Assembly (NCBI RefSeq): GCF_006345805.1
Contig: NC_043001.1
Coordinates: 13,082,001-13,146,000 of the forward strand
Direction: 5' to 3'
From: Octopus sinensis
Lineage: Eukaryota
Length of the DNA stretch: 64,000 bases
Shown: in pieces, positions 40,748 to 53,150 of the stretch
How positions within the stretch are numbered: the first letter of the stretch is position 1
How the letters are laid out: each line of letters opens with the position of its first letter
Translations under genes and position numbers: made by a program
Notes under the pieces: model-generated
What the model was told of the DNA's origin: nothing
Database searches by the model: none
What the model saw: the letters and a program-made list of their open reading frames with translations, nothing else

Positions 40748-41132
40748 GTGGAGGCGCAATGGCGCAGTGGTTAGGGCAGCGGACTCGCGGTCATAGGATC
40801 GCGGTTTCGATTCCCAGACCGGGCGTTGTGAGTTTTTATTGAGCGAAAACACCTAAAAGCTCCACGAGGCTCCGGCAGGGATGGTGGTGATCCCTGCTGT
40901 ACTCTTTCACCACAACTTTCTTTCACTCTTACTTCCTGTTTCTGTTGTACCTGTATTTCAAAGGGCCGGCCTTGTCACTCTCTGTGTCATGCTGAATATC
41001 CCCAAGAACTTCGTTAAGTGTGCACGTGTCTGTGGAGTGCTCAGCCACTTACACGTTAATTTCACGAGCAGGCTGTTCTGTTGATTCGGATCAACCGGAA
41101 CCCTCGTCGTCGTAACCGACGGAGTGCTTCCA
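40748..41132 (+). mobile_element. SINE family C, full length (tRNA-like head)
   Basis: gtggaggcgcaatggcgcagtggttagg (A box)...ggtttcgattccc (B box)...aaccgacggagtgcttcca. Confidence 0.92.
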
Positions 41133-41304
41133 TCCAGATATTGAATGCATTAAGCTTCAAAAATAACACTGCTTCATTGGTGTTCACAAGATATTCTTTT
41201 TAAATTGTGACCAGACGTTTATGCATTTTATATGTTAAAGTTTACTGATATTTCATAGATTTTTTTTTAATAAAAAGAAAACAAATTTATCTTATATTTT
41301 TCAG

Positions 41305-41368
41305 CATCACAAAATCTTCTAATAATTCCTGCTCATATTGTCCTGAATATTACCGTAGCTTCAATTTG
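41305..41368 (+). CDS. Speculative 64-bp internal exon
   Basis: tatttttcAG | 64 nt | GTAAGT; two frames open (ITKSSNNSCSYCPEYYRSFNL or SQNLLIIPAHIVLNITVASI). Confidence 0.22.
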
Positions 41369-41431
41369 GTAAGTAATATATTGAATTCATTTTTCAATGT
41401 TTTGTTTGACTATGACGTATTTGACATAATG

Positions 41432-41675
41432 TTTTTGTTTGTTTGTTTGTTTTGTTTTTGTTTTTCCAGTTTCAGCTCTTGAGCTGTGGCCATGCTGGGG
41501 CACCGCCATTGTGGTGAAAGAGTACAGCAGGGATCACCACCCCCTGCCGGAGCCTCGTAGAGCTTTTAGGTGTTTTCGCTCAATAAACACACACAACGCC
41601 CGGTCTGAGAATCGAAACCGCGATCCTGCGACCGCGAGTCCGCTGCCCTAACCACTAGGCCATTGCGCCTCTACA
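41432..41675 (-). mobile_element. Chimeric SINE: C head + B-type tail
   Basis: Minus: C head...ctttcaccacaat joined to ggcggtgccccagcatggccacagctcaagagctgaaactgg and A-rich tail; acataatg on both flanks. Confidence 0.8.
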
Positions 41676-42964
41676 TAATATGGACATTCCTTAACTTATT
41701 TTCGCGATCTCTTACTGTGAGTCATATAAAATCCTGCTCGTCTTTCTTTTGTTACGATCTCAAATGTAATTGGAGAACGGGAAATACCTTGTATAACGTG
41801 AGACTGGGCGAGTCTTTGAATATTACGTGTATAGATGGGAAGATGCAAGACAGCACCGTTATGGATTAAATATACTAATGCTCCTGGATTAGTGAAGTGT
41901 GATAAGCATTTATGCTACAAAGAGACTTAATGCCCATTATTAGTTGTGTAAAGCAAGACTGTTTCGCATTTAACAATACGGAGATTGTTAAATACAGATT
42001 ATACTTATCAGATTTGTAATAGCCCCAACCTAATCGGGAAAATGAATGCATTTAATAAAGCAGGATAATGTGTAGAGTGATAAAAGCCGGTAATGTGGCA
42101 ATCACCTTTAAGATCGGAAACCGTAAATGCTGTACAATACAACCCGAAATCTTTTCTACAGGTTGAAAAAAATTGTAACATTTCTAAGTAAAATGACAAC
42201 ACATGATGTTTATGAAACTCCCCACTTATGAGATCTAATTATAGATGTAAAAGACACTCAACACTCCACAAATAGATACAATTCAACCATTCATGATTAT
42301 CCGAAAATTTAGTGTCCATTGCAACGCGGCAGGCAACCTGTATCTTCAGTAAGCAGCATTTAGCTTGATGGGGATATGACGTGTTTTTTTTTTCAGTGTG
42401 GATGATTTTCAGCAATACTTCATAATTGGCTGATCAACGAAAGACAGTTTCTCGAGAATTAGATGATAATCGACTAAGAAAATGGCTTTAATTCTGCTTA
42501 GGCTTACGCAAAAACTATTCGAGCAAATCTATGATCTAATGCTTACCAGCAGGAACGATATTTCGTTTTCTCAGATAAGCAGTAACTGCTTATCTATATG
42601 TTAGTTTAGACAAACCTATCTTCACATTTCATTCTAAACGGCCGATGTGTTTGCACACTTCTGTTTACAAGTTATGGTTGATCACAATAATTCTAGATTA
42701 GCGTTATCGGACAACGTATCAATAACTGTATTTATAATTAGGATAATATAACTTATAGAATATAACATAAATATAACAAAATACATTATAAAATATGTAT
42801 ATATTTTCATGATCGTTTCCTATATTTGATAGATATAACATTTTAAACATAAATGTAAATAGTTGCAGATAGACATGTACAACAGCATTTGATAAAACAT
42901 ACTTAAAACAGTTTTTTGAAACCTATGTTTATATGCCGATTAAATCGGAAATGTTATAATCGAT

Positions 42965-43155
42965 ATTTCGTTTTTGAATTTGGTTCGCAAGATTCATTAT
43001 ATGAGTTTGTGTGTTGAGTCAGGACTATTGAAAAGTTTGAAAGACGCAACTAAAAGTTTAGGAAAATAAAACTAAGAAATAAGTGGAAATTTTACCGCTG
43101 CGAGTGTTACATTATAAGGCACAAAAAGAAAATGACTCTCCCCAGACACAACAGA
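42965..43155. repeat. Internally inverted copy of the 941-1135 repeat
   Basis: 42965-43018 collinear with 941-990; 43019-43155 is the reverse complement of ~1001-1132. Confidence 0.75.
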
Positions 43156-44390
43156 TTATAATCGATAATTTCAGATAATGTATAATGTCGCCTATTAAAT
43201 GGGAAAAGCACAGCATCTTGCAATGGTTCCTTTCTTAGCTATATTTCACTTCAAACTAACAAAAAGTTGATGGAGGGAGCGAAAAGTCTAGGGGACTTTG
43301 TTTATAAATTTGTTAATACTTGACTACGATGGGATAAGCGGTCGCGCAATGTATAATATCAAAATAAATAACAAAAATGTTCGTCTAAACTAGCTTTGCA
43401 GAAAGAGGCAAATACAGTGAAGAACTTATGAAACATATAAGATAATTTAACCTTAACGTATCATATTTCAGTGACGCTGATCAGGAAACAAAGAAATCAT
43501 ACTATATTGTTGTATGCATACAAAATTATCAGTTACACTATTACTTGGCATAATAACCAAAAAGTTTATAAGTTCTTTCACCTTCAAAATATAAACTGCT
43601 GACAGCAATATATAAACTAGTATATATATATTTATATATGTATATACAAAAGAAGTAATTTTAAAATGTGGATCATCAAATTATTTTAACAAACTCCCCT
43701 AACTGGATATATGTAAAACCGTCAAACCTTTTAAGTTTTAAATAATATAATAATCAATTATTAATATACAAGATTAACGAAAAGGGAACTTATCTAACGA
43801 TACCCACAGAAGATTGGTGCTACATGGAAAGATATGAAAAGAAAGTAATGAACATCTATACAGAACTCAGAGAGAAATGACTACCTGTGAAACTTATGTA
43901 AACCTAATTTCACCTGAAAAATGTCCAACATATGTCGTCGGCTTCTTCTCATGTTTTCTCTAAAACATTTCCGCTTGAAACATGCCAAGTACCAAAGAAT
44001 CATAAATACAGAGCAAACCAGTCACTCGTTAGTTTAATAGGCAAGTGGCCTTGTATTGATAATTTTGGTCTTTGCTTTGGGGAGTAGATGTTATCACTAT
44101 GCGGGTTTAATATCACCAAGAGGTGCTTTGGTGCGCTTAGTGAAGTCCACCCCGCTGCAAGCATTCAGCTCAGATATGTGGTTTGACAATAATTCTCCCC
44201 TAGAACAAGCAGAATAAACGGGGGTGGGGGTAGAAGGTAATTGTATTTGATAAAATATACGGAACACTCAAAGGATTCAAAATATATAGCGTATATTGAG
44301 GTAAAGTAATAGTATGGAAACAGGCATTAGCAAACTTAATTAAGGAATCGGGGAATATTCCAACATATCGGTAGAGATTGCAACACATTC

Positions 44391-44808
44391 TATTTCTTTA
44401 CTACACACAATGGGCTAAACACAGAGGGGACAAACAAGGACAGACAAACGGACGAAGTCGATTATATCGACAACAGTGCGTAACTGGTACTTAATTTATC
44501 GACCCCGAAAGGATGAAAAGCAAAATCGACTTCGACGGAATTTGAACTCGGAACGTAAAGACAGACGAAATACCTATTTCTTTGTAGCCCACAAGGGGCT
44601 AAACACAGAGAGGACAAAGAAGGACGCACAAAGGGATTAAGTCGATTATATTGATCCCAGTGCGTAACTGGTACTTATTTAATCGACCCCGAAAGGATGA
44701 AAGGCAACGTCGACCTCGGCGGAATTTGAACTCAGAGCGTAGCGGCAGACGGAATACTGCTCAGCATTTCGCCAGGCGTTCTAACGTTTCTGCCAGCTCG
44801 CCGCCTTC
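44391..44808 (-). mobile_element. Dimeric SINE family A with perfect 15-bp TSD
   Basis: gattgcaacacattc at 44376-44390 and 44809-44823; internal junction cagacgaaatacc|tatttcttt. Confidence 0.93.
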
Positions 44809-45898
44809 GATTGCAACACATTCGGCAATGGAAATGGTTCCATTTGAAATAAATATCCATATACTATATAAAACCATACAAAAATATCCGTTAAATACTT
44901 AACGGGTGCAGAATTAACATTTCACTGATTACTTTTTTCATATCAGTGACGGAACCAAAAAGTATTTAACATATGCATATAAATATTTAATATGTTTGCA
45001 ATACAGAAAATGCACATCTATGCAACCATTAATAAGTGAAGGCTCTATTATTATTTTAAACATTCTATAATAATGCGCAGTCCAACAAAAAGATTATTTT
45101 CTATGCGTGTAACAATATTTCGGTATTATAAATGTTCAATAAATGTGAAATAAGTTGCACGTGATCGTAAAATGAAAAACAAAAAAACATTGTTTTCTGC
45201 TAAATACACAGTCTTAACAATAAGGGAAAATATCAGAATTTATAGTTAATTTAATCGTAATCAAAATCTAAAAATAAAAGTCTTGAAATATAGAATCAAA
45301 ATATTTGTCGTGATAACCTGATTTCATACGTTTGGAAAGAATAAAGGTTTTGAAAATGTCATTATCTTTATTGTTTATTATATTCTTAAATAATGGGAAT
45401 TTTATATCATATTTAAACGTTTACATTGTTTAACATATGAAATTTGATTGTTTTGAAAAATTGTCTTAAACATTCTATATATGTGTGATACAGATATTAT
45501 TTTCTTCTGAGTTTGAAAGCATTTAAAGCAATCTTTTTTTGTTTTCTTTAAAATAACAATGCTCCAGATAATTAAATGCTTACAATTTAAGACAAAGATA
45601 TACAGGCAGATGTATATTCAGACAATTGATCATTATACATAGATATTCTGAAGTCATATACAATGCTACAAAGCTTTTGATTTACATTTCAAATTAAGAA
45701 ATGTTATTAAAGTGGGTGTGTGCATGCGAATATGTATGCGCGTGTGTGAGTGTCTATGTTATTGGCAAATAGGAATTTCACATTCTCATTCGATTTTTAA
45801 ATTAATGTTTTGAAACGGAATATTCATAATTCTATTCATATTCTCCTGAATATATGTGTTTCTAGATATTTCTTTTTCCTTCCGATCAATTGGATACC

Positions 45899-46131
45899 TG
45901 TTTCTTTATTGCCCACAAGGGGCTAAACATAGAGGGAACAAACAAGGACAGACAAACGGATTAAGTCCATTATATCGACCCCAGTGCGTAACTGGTATTT
46001 ATTTAATCGACCCCGAAAGGATGAAAGGCAAAGTTGACCTCGGCGGAATTTGAACTCAGAACGTAACGGCAGACGACATACCGCTAAGCATTTCGCCCGG
46101 CGCGCTAACGTTTCTGCCAGCTCGCCGCCTT
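45899..46131 (-). mobile_element. SINE family A, full length
   Basis: Near-consensus reverse-complement copy. Confidence 0.92.
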
Positions 46132-46548
46132 CGTTTATAGTAAATATACTCGATTTATAATATTTCAAATATAACATGGGTTTTGTATTATTTTAAAGAA
46201 CAAATAGGGTAGACAAACATGCCCGTTCGTAAGATGTATATTCAGACAATTTTCAAAGTATCAAAGAGTATGTTATGAATTTTTCGGGATCCAACATTAT
46301 TGCAGTGAACTACGAAAGAAGAACCAGGATGCCAGTCAAAAAATGTCACTGAATATTTGTGATATATATCAGTGAAAATATCAATATTTGAAAAGTCAAC
46401 CTGAACGTGATATCTCTTCAACCGTCCCTGATTGAAACAATTACTTAAAAGCGACATATTCTGTAAGTGACTATAGAAACAAGGACTAGTGACTAGAACA
46501 AATACCTGCACGCACTACCACATGTGTGTGCATCCGTGTGCGTCTGTG

Positions 46549-46583
<35 letters not shown>

Positions 46584-46769
46584 GAGCATTGTCGATGTGA
46601 GAACTGTTGCTGCTCATGCATTTTAATTTAACTTAAAAAAAAAAATGAACGAACTACTGAGTTTGGTTTAATGGCCTACCAATGTATACTATGAGTTTCT
46701 TTGTCCTAGGAGTCGGGAAGACACTCGACAAGAAATGGAAGCAAATTTGAAAGAAGAAAAAAAAATATA

Positions 46770-47240
46770 ATAATGAAATTAGTGTATACAGTCCTCAGGT
46801 GCACCACAACTTGACAAAAGTGTGTATAAAGCATATGCAGTAATGTACAAATATCTGGAAAGCGAACAGTGTATGAGTCAGATAGATGCTTGCGTGTGTA
46901 TGGAGGGGAGAAAATCAGGTGTAGTGTTGGTGAATGTCAGGAAGCATGGAAGTTTTGAAGGATGCAGTGCTCCGACAACTAACAACTGGTGCCGGCAGTT
47001 TGTTCCATTCTTCAGCAACTCTTAGGAAAAAATGTTTCCGAAAGTCATGGGAGCTGCGCTGTTTTCTAACTTAGTAAATAAATATGTCCACGGGTGTTAG
47101 ACAGATGGAGTTTGAAAAGGTGCTCAGAGTTATTGTTTGTAAGATGGTTAATAAGTTTATGGGTGTCTGCCAAGTCAGCTGCCAGACGTCGGAGTTTCAA
47201 TGTATCCCTGCCCAGAGAAGTAAGGCGTTGTGCGTATCTG
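46770..47240 (-). mobile_element. CR1/L2-group LINE 3' end (ORF2 C-terminus + 3' UTR)
   Basis: RLTSLGRDTLKLRRLAADL..TRGH, frameshift, then RKHFFLRVAEEWNKLPAPVVSCRSTASFK; typical CR1 RR..DL / TRGH / FF..RV...WN.LP motifs. Confidence 0.88.
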
Positions 47241-48494
47241 CGTGTGTGTGTGTATCCGAATGCGTATGTGTGTGTGTATCCGACTGCGTGTGTTTGTGTA
47301 TGAATACAACAGCAAAGCAACACAGAAGGAACGACATTTGAGAAGACGTAACCTGAGAGCTCTAGTGGAAAGGCAATGTATCTTAGCGTTTCTTCCTCAT
47401 AAGAAGAAAGAACCGTAAATGCATTGACTGAGAAAGAATAACAGTCAGAGTGGATGGATAAAAATAATGGGTTAAATGCTAAAAACGGAAGGGAGTGTTG
47501 TATTTCGGAAGGGGCAGAAGGCTCGGGTGTGTAAACACAAAGAGAAAACTAGGAAGACGTGAAGGGTGCTGTATTTGTGTGTGTGTTTGGCTATCTGTGT
47601 ATGTATACGTGTATATGTTCATGTGTTGTATTTGCAGAAGTGTGAAAATTTAAAAGCCTTGTGGCATAGGTTTATAAGTGTGGTTTATAAGTGTTATAAA
47701 TGGGAAATCGATACGTATGTGGAGAAAATTACTATTGGTAAGGTGCGAGGGTACATGTTTGAAGGAATAAAGATACCGTTAAATCAAATGCAAGAGCAAG
47801 AACAATTTGAAACGTTACACTGATATGTGTGCAAGTATATATATATAAAAAGTACGTTAGTGTAGGAAGTTTGGTAACAAAGGAAGACGACTGGAACTAA
47901 ACACTGATAAACAAAAGTAAATGAGTTAAAAATAGACAAGCCTAACAACGATACCAATTACTTGAGAGAAAATGCCCGAAGAGTTTGTGGAATATACAGA
48001 GCCTTGTTAAAAGAAAAGAAGTTTATCCACGAAAAGATAACAATTTTGAACAGGCTGATAACATCAGCGGAGAAGAAGTAACTGTGATGTATGTGTGCAA
48101 ATCTAGCCAAAACACACGCTGCGTCAAAAGGAATTAGCAGCGAGGAGTGAATTTGTCGTGTTTCAGAAAATAGGAGATAACAAGGACAACGATGTAACAG
48201 GTGAAAAAGTGTTTGTTTGCGTCGGTGTTTGTGTGTGTGAGTTGCTGAGTGTGTGTGTCTGTTTCATTGTGTGTGTCTGTGTTTGTTTGTGCGTGTGTGT
48301 GTGTGTGGGCCTGCGTGTGTGTGAGTGTGTGTTGAGGATTACAAGAGTGTTGTAACAATCAAACACAAATTAAACTAATATGTACATCTGTGGCAGGCAA
48401 AGAGGGTTGAAGTGTGTGCACGTGAATGAGAGACCGTTTCTGTGTGTGTGTGTCTGTCCATACTGTCCGACAAATATATAAGCTGATATAACTG

Positions 48495-48545
<51 letters not shown>

Positions 48546-48560
48546 TATATATATATACAG

Positions 48561-48592
<32 letters not shown>

Positions 48593-48595
48593 CTG

Positions 48596-48640
<45 letters not shown>

Positions 48641-48654
48641 AACTATGTATGTGT

Positions 48655-48950
48655 ATTTAGGGGTTAGGGCAGCGGCGTCGCGGTCGGAAGAACGCGGTTT
48701 CGATTCCCAGACTGGGAGTTGTGTGTCTTTATTGTGCGAAAACACCTAAAAGCTCCACAAGGCTCCGGCAGGGTGTGCTGGCGACTCCTGTTGTACTCTT
48801 TCACCACAACTTTCCTTCACTCTCTCTTCCTGTTTCTTGAGTAACGCTGCGATGGACTGGCGTCCCGCCCAGCTGAAGGGAACACATACGCCACAGAAAC
48901 CAGGAAACCGGGTGCATGAGTCTGGCTAGGCTTGAAAAGGGCGATGTTTA
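48655..48950 (+). mobile_element. Chimeric SINE: C 5' half + D (V-like) tail
   Basis: gttagggcagcggcg...ctttcaccacaactttc...cctgtttc then gagtaacgctgcgatggactggcgtcccg...ctggctaggctt. Confidence 0.82.
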
Positions 48951-48952
48951 TC

Positions 48953-48998
<46 letters not shown>

Positions 48999-49708
48999 AA
49001 ATATGATTGATATAGATGTGCACATGCCTTTGTAATAGATAATAATTGTTACTGGTAGTGGTGTTGCGGTTAGGGTTAACTAGGTGTTACAGGGGTAGTG
49101 AGAGCGATAAGATTCATCATGAAATTGTACGTGCACTTGTTAAAATATTAGGCAACAAAAAATATGACGCATTAAAAACTGCTTATTAATTTCCATATTA
49201 TAGTATATAGTATATTAATTTCCATATTATAGTCACCTATATTTGTGCGCAATATTTATGATCATATAGAGTAGTATGTAAACAAAAGAAAACCCAAACG
49301 TTACCACATCCAATTGATAAAGATTTTATATTAAGACCTAAATTAATAAACTACTTATATAAATTACTAATAAATTTACATGAAAACTTATATTACTAAA
49401 GCTAAAATTTTGTCATGTGTTCACGCATGTAAATGGGCTCAAAAAAACTACCATTAAATATATTGCTATCATAAATAAATAAATTATATGTTAGAGCTAC
49501 TAGTACTTTGAATAGGTCAGTATTTCATGTTTCATACGCTAACATCTGTAACTATAAGAATAAAGATTTCTTAGTAAATAAATATTAGATATGAACTTAA
49601 GATATTGATATTTAAATATAGATATTTCCTCTTAAATACAAGGAACCGAAGAGACTCGTTTTTCATGTATTCACGATAGTTTGAGTTTTCAAAAACTGCC
49701 ATCAATTA

Positions 49709-49766
<58 letters not shown>

Positions 49767-49769
<3 letters not shown>

Positions 49770-49848
49770 TAGTATATTTTTTATATCGTGCTTTCACTTC
49801 ACTACCGAGCGCAGCTCTGTGTGCCTTGGGCATGTGCTGTGATTTGTT
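49767..49848 (-). mobile_element. Very short 3' end of family T1 (R4/Dong-type) inside (ATT)n
   Basis: cagtag...cgtgctttcacttcactaccgagcgcagctctgtgtgccttggg matches 7480-7560. Confidence 0.85.
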
Positions 49849-50006
49849 ATTATTATTATAATTATTATTATTATTATTAATATTATTATTATCATTATTA
49901 TCATTATTATATTATTATTATAAATAATTAATTCACGATAGTTTCAGTTTTCAAAAACTGCCATCAATTATATTATTATTATTACTATTATTATTATTAC
50001 TATTAC

Positions 50007-50048
<42 letters not shown>

Positions 50049-50148
50049 CATTATTATATTATTATTATAAATAATTAATTCACGATATTTTGAGTTTTCA
50101 AAAACTGCTATCAATTATATCATTATTATTATTATTACTATTATTATT

Positions 50149-50624
50149 GAGTGAAAGAGCAGTGCATGCCATCAAAGTGACAATGGGGTAAAATATACGA
50201 AGCCCAATATACCCATCATGACTACCCGTCTGATAAGGGTACACCAGGCACATGCATCACAACCATATGTGCGCGACATGGTGATCTCATATCAAGATAA
50301 ACAGCACATGAGCTTGCAGGTGGGGCCCAGTTAGAATTTTCTTCAGGTTGAGTAGCCCATCCCGCTCAAAAGGTCCCTGAATAAGGGTTGTTTAAGGATG
50401 TTGAAAGAACCACCCATGTTTCCAGAGGTGAATTATTCAAACCCCAAAGAATCCCTCTCAACACATGGCTATGATGCTCCCCCACTACTTCTACTCGTGA
50501 TCAGAGATGCACATATCGTCAGCCACTAAGGGACATGCTCAACTGGTTAAGGTCAAACAACTGACAAGCAAATCTGTGGTATTGAGCAGAATATTTGCTG
50601 TAGCCCATCTTTTATACCAAGACA

Positions 50625-50625
<1 letters not shown>
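50149..50625 (-). mobile_element. Family T2 3' segment inside (ATT)n
   Basis: Reverse-complement homologue of 2927-3404; (ATT)n on both sides. Confidence 0.8.
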
Positions 50626-50710
<85 letters not shown>

Positions 50711-50887
50711 CGTTATTATTATTATTATCATCATTATTATTATTATTATTATTATCATTATTATCATTATTATATTATTATTATAAATAAGTAATTCACG
50801 ATAGTATATTATTATTATAAATAATTAATTCACGATAGTTTGAGTTTTCAAAAACTGCCATCAATTATATTACTATTATTATTATTA

Positions 50888-50926
<39 letters not shown>

Positions 50927-51319
50927 TATTATTATTATAAATAATTAACTATATATTAAAAATACTAAAACTTTAAATCTGTTGATACTTCATGCTTTAT
51001 TACATTAGCATCTGTAAATATAAGGATTAAGTGATGCTTAGTAGATATAATATTGACATAAAAAATATTAATTAAATAGTAAACACGTATATTAGTTTTT
51101 CTGTACAGGTGGCCGTATAATATGTCGTTTCTATAGATTTAATTAATCAAGTTTCTCATTAATATGTCGTTGATATTTTATAATATCATTCATTAAACTA
51201 TGTTAAAGATAAAACGTAATGGTGTTGTAGTAGTTGTAGCTTTAGTGATTTAGGTTTTTATATGAAATTTTTATCAATTGCATGTGGTAACGTTCAAGTT
51301 TTTATTTCTTTACATTAAC

Positions 51320-51940
51320 GCCAGTAATTATTTTGGAGAGGAGGAGTCGATTACATCACATCTGGTACATGACTGGTTCTTATTTTATCGACCCTGACAG
51401 AATAAAAAGCAAATCGTTCTCAGCGAAATTTGAAATCAGAACGTAACCACAGGCGAAAGAACGTGCTAATGGTTGTGCAAGTTAACCGCCTTTGTGCAAA
51501 TTAATATTCCTTTTTAACATTGAGGCAAAGTCATCGATGTCGGGGACGTGGCTAGTCGATTACATGCACTTCATTGCTTACATGGTACTTGTATTATTGA
51601 CCCCGAATGGATAAAGGGCAAAACGGAATTCGGTTGAATTTGAAAGATGGACAAAATACCGCTTAGCATTTTGCGCGACGTGCTAACGATTCTGTCAGCC
51701 CACCAACATAGTACAAATTTATATTGGTTTCAAATTTTGGTACAAGAGCAGCAAATACAGAAGCGGGGCTAAGTCGATTACATCGCCACCAATGCTCAAC
51801 TGGTCCTTATTTTATCAACCCTAAAATGATAAAAGACAAAGTCGACATCAGTGAAATTGAAATCAGAACGTGAAGATGGTCCAAATGCCATTAAGCTTTT
51901 CTCCCCGCCGTGCTAAGTATTAAGCCAGTTCGCCGCCTTA
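51320..51940 (-). mobile_element. Three consecutive old SINE family A copies
   Basis: Three agtcgattacat...ttttatcgaccc...cgtgctaa modules. Confidence 0.7.
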
Positions 51941-52164
51941 TTGGAAATTAATAATATCCACAGTTAAATGGTGAAAGGAAACCTACCACACCATATTTCA
52001 AATTGTCTAGACAGTTCTCTCCGGTAACGATAACGTATAACTGTTTTTTAAAGAAATTATACTGGCGTTTACTGATACATAATCATTTTCTGATTGGTTC
52101 CCACAGAGAAACAATCTTATCTCAATATTCTTTAATTTTCTATATGTAGAACACTTCATGTAAC

Positions 52165-53150
52165 CAGGTACAGAGATTATTCGTCGCACTATACTTTACG
52201 AATTTAATCTAGTTTTTAACGTATGAGTAGCAACGAGAAATGTTGAACTGTTTTATTGTTAATATTGCAGAATGCTGTTTCAAAAATTTAGAAAAGTCAA
52301 TTTCCATTCACTTGATGAATCTAATTTTCGGCGTCCTGTCGAATTTGATAATGAAATGCTACAAGCAATACTTGTAAGGAATCTTGCTATATCTTCCCAC
52401 TGAATGAGATGTTAGCGTTATGATAATTCATAATCGCTTGGGAAAGTTGAGGAATGCTTTCGAAACGGATAAACTGTTTCTTCATACACTTCCAATAAAA
52501 GATTTTCAACGAATGCATGACTGTTGTCATTTTTTCCATACGCTGCAGCCGATGGACTATTTTTAAAAGCAATATCGGGGAAGATAAATGAGTAGTGGAT
52601 TCCTTACAGAAATATTGGATTCAAGTCATGGTATATCACCAGCAATTTCAGGGAGGGGGCTAGGTCGATCACCCCCATTGCTCAACTGGCAATTAAATCA
52701 CCGACCCTGCAAGGATGAAAGGTAAAGTCCACCTCGACAAAATAATTTGAACTCAGAACGTTACAGCGGACGAAATGCCGCTATGCTCTTTGCAAGGTGT
52801 ACGAACGATTACTCTAGCTCACCCACTTTTCATTTACAGTAATACTAAAACGCTTCAGACACTACTTAGATCCAAATTTTAAACGTGTAACACATCTACA
52901 AAGATGAATTCATACGTTAGTTTTCATTTGAATCATTAGTCGAATGTGGAAAAAAAATTATTCTGAGTGAGATTTTACACTCGGATCAAATAAAATCTTC
53001 TGAAGTCTACGTTCAGCAATGTTAATGTTGGATAGAAAACTTCCTGCCTTAAAAAAAAACATAATGCTAGACATCCCACTACACAACACAAGATTCGTCT
53101 CGATTGGGACAAATGTTACATACTCAATATTCTTCTTGGCAAGCTGCATC
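52165..53150 (+). pseudogene. Heavily decayed mariner transposase interrupted by a SINE A (~52630-52830)
   Basis: IRRTILYEFNL..ATRNV; FQKFRKVNFHSLDESNFRRPVEFDNEMLQAIL; later HNARHP (cf. DNARPH). Confidence 0.6.

Larger units (their letters stand above)
49669..50945. repeat. Composite tandem array: ~40-bp unit alternating with (ATT)n tracts
   Basis: attcacgatagtttgagttttcaaaaactgccatcaattata at ~49669, 49931, 50078, 50828; partial copy at 50794. Confidence 0.9.

Noticed and set aside
40748-40825. tRNA gene-like sequence (also the heads of families A, B, D)
   Set aside because: A/B boxes continue into multi-copy SINE bodies; no proper acceptor stem or terminator
49669-50870. Repeat-spacer pattern resembling a CRISPR array
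   Set aside because: Spacers are variable-length (ATT)n and TE ends; eukaryotic context; no cas genes
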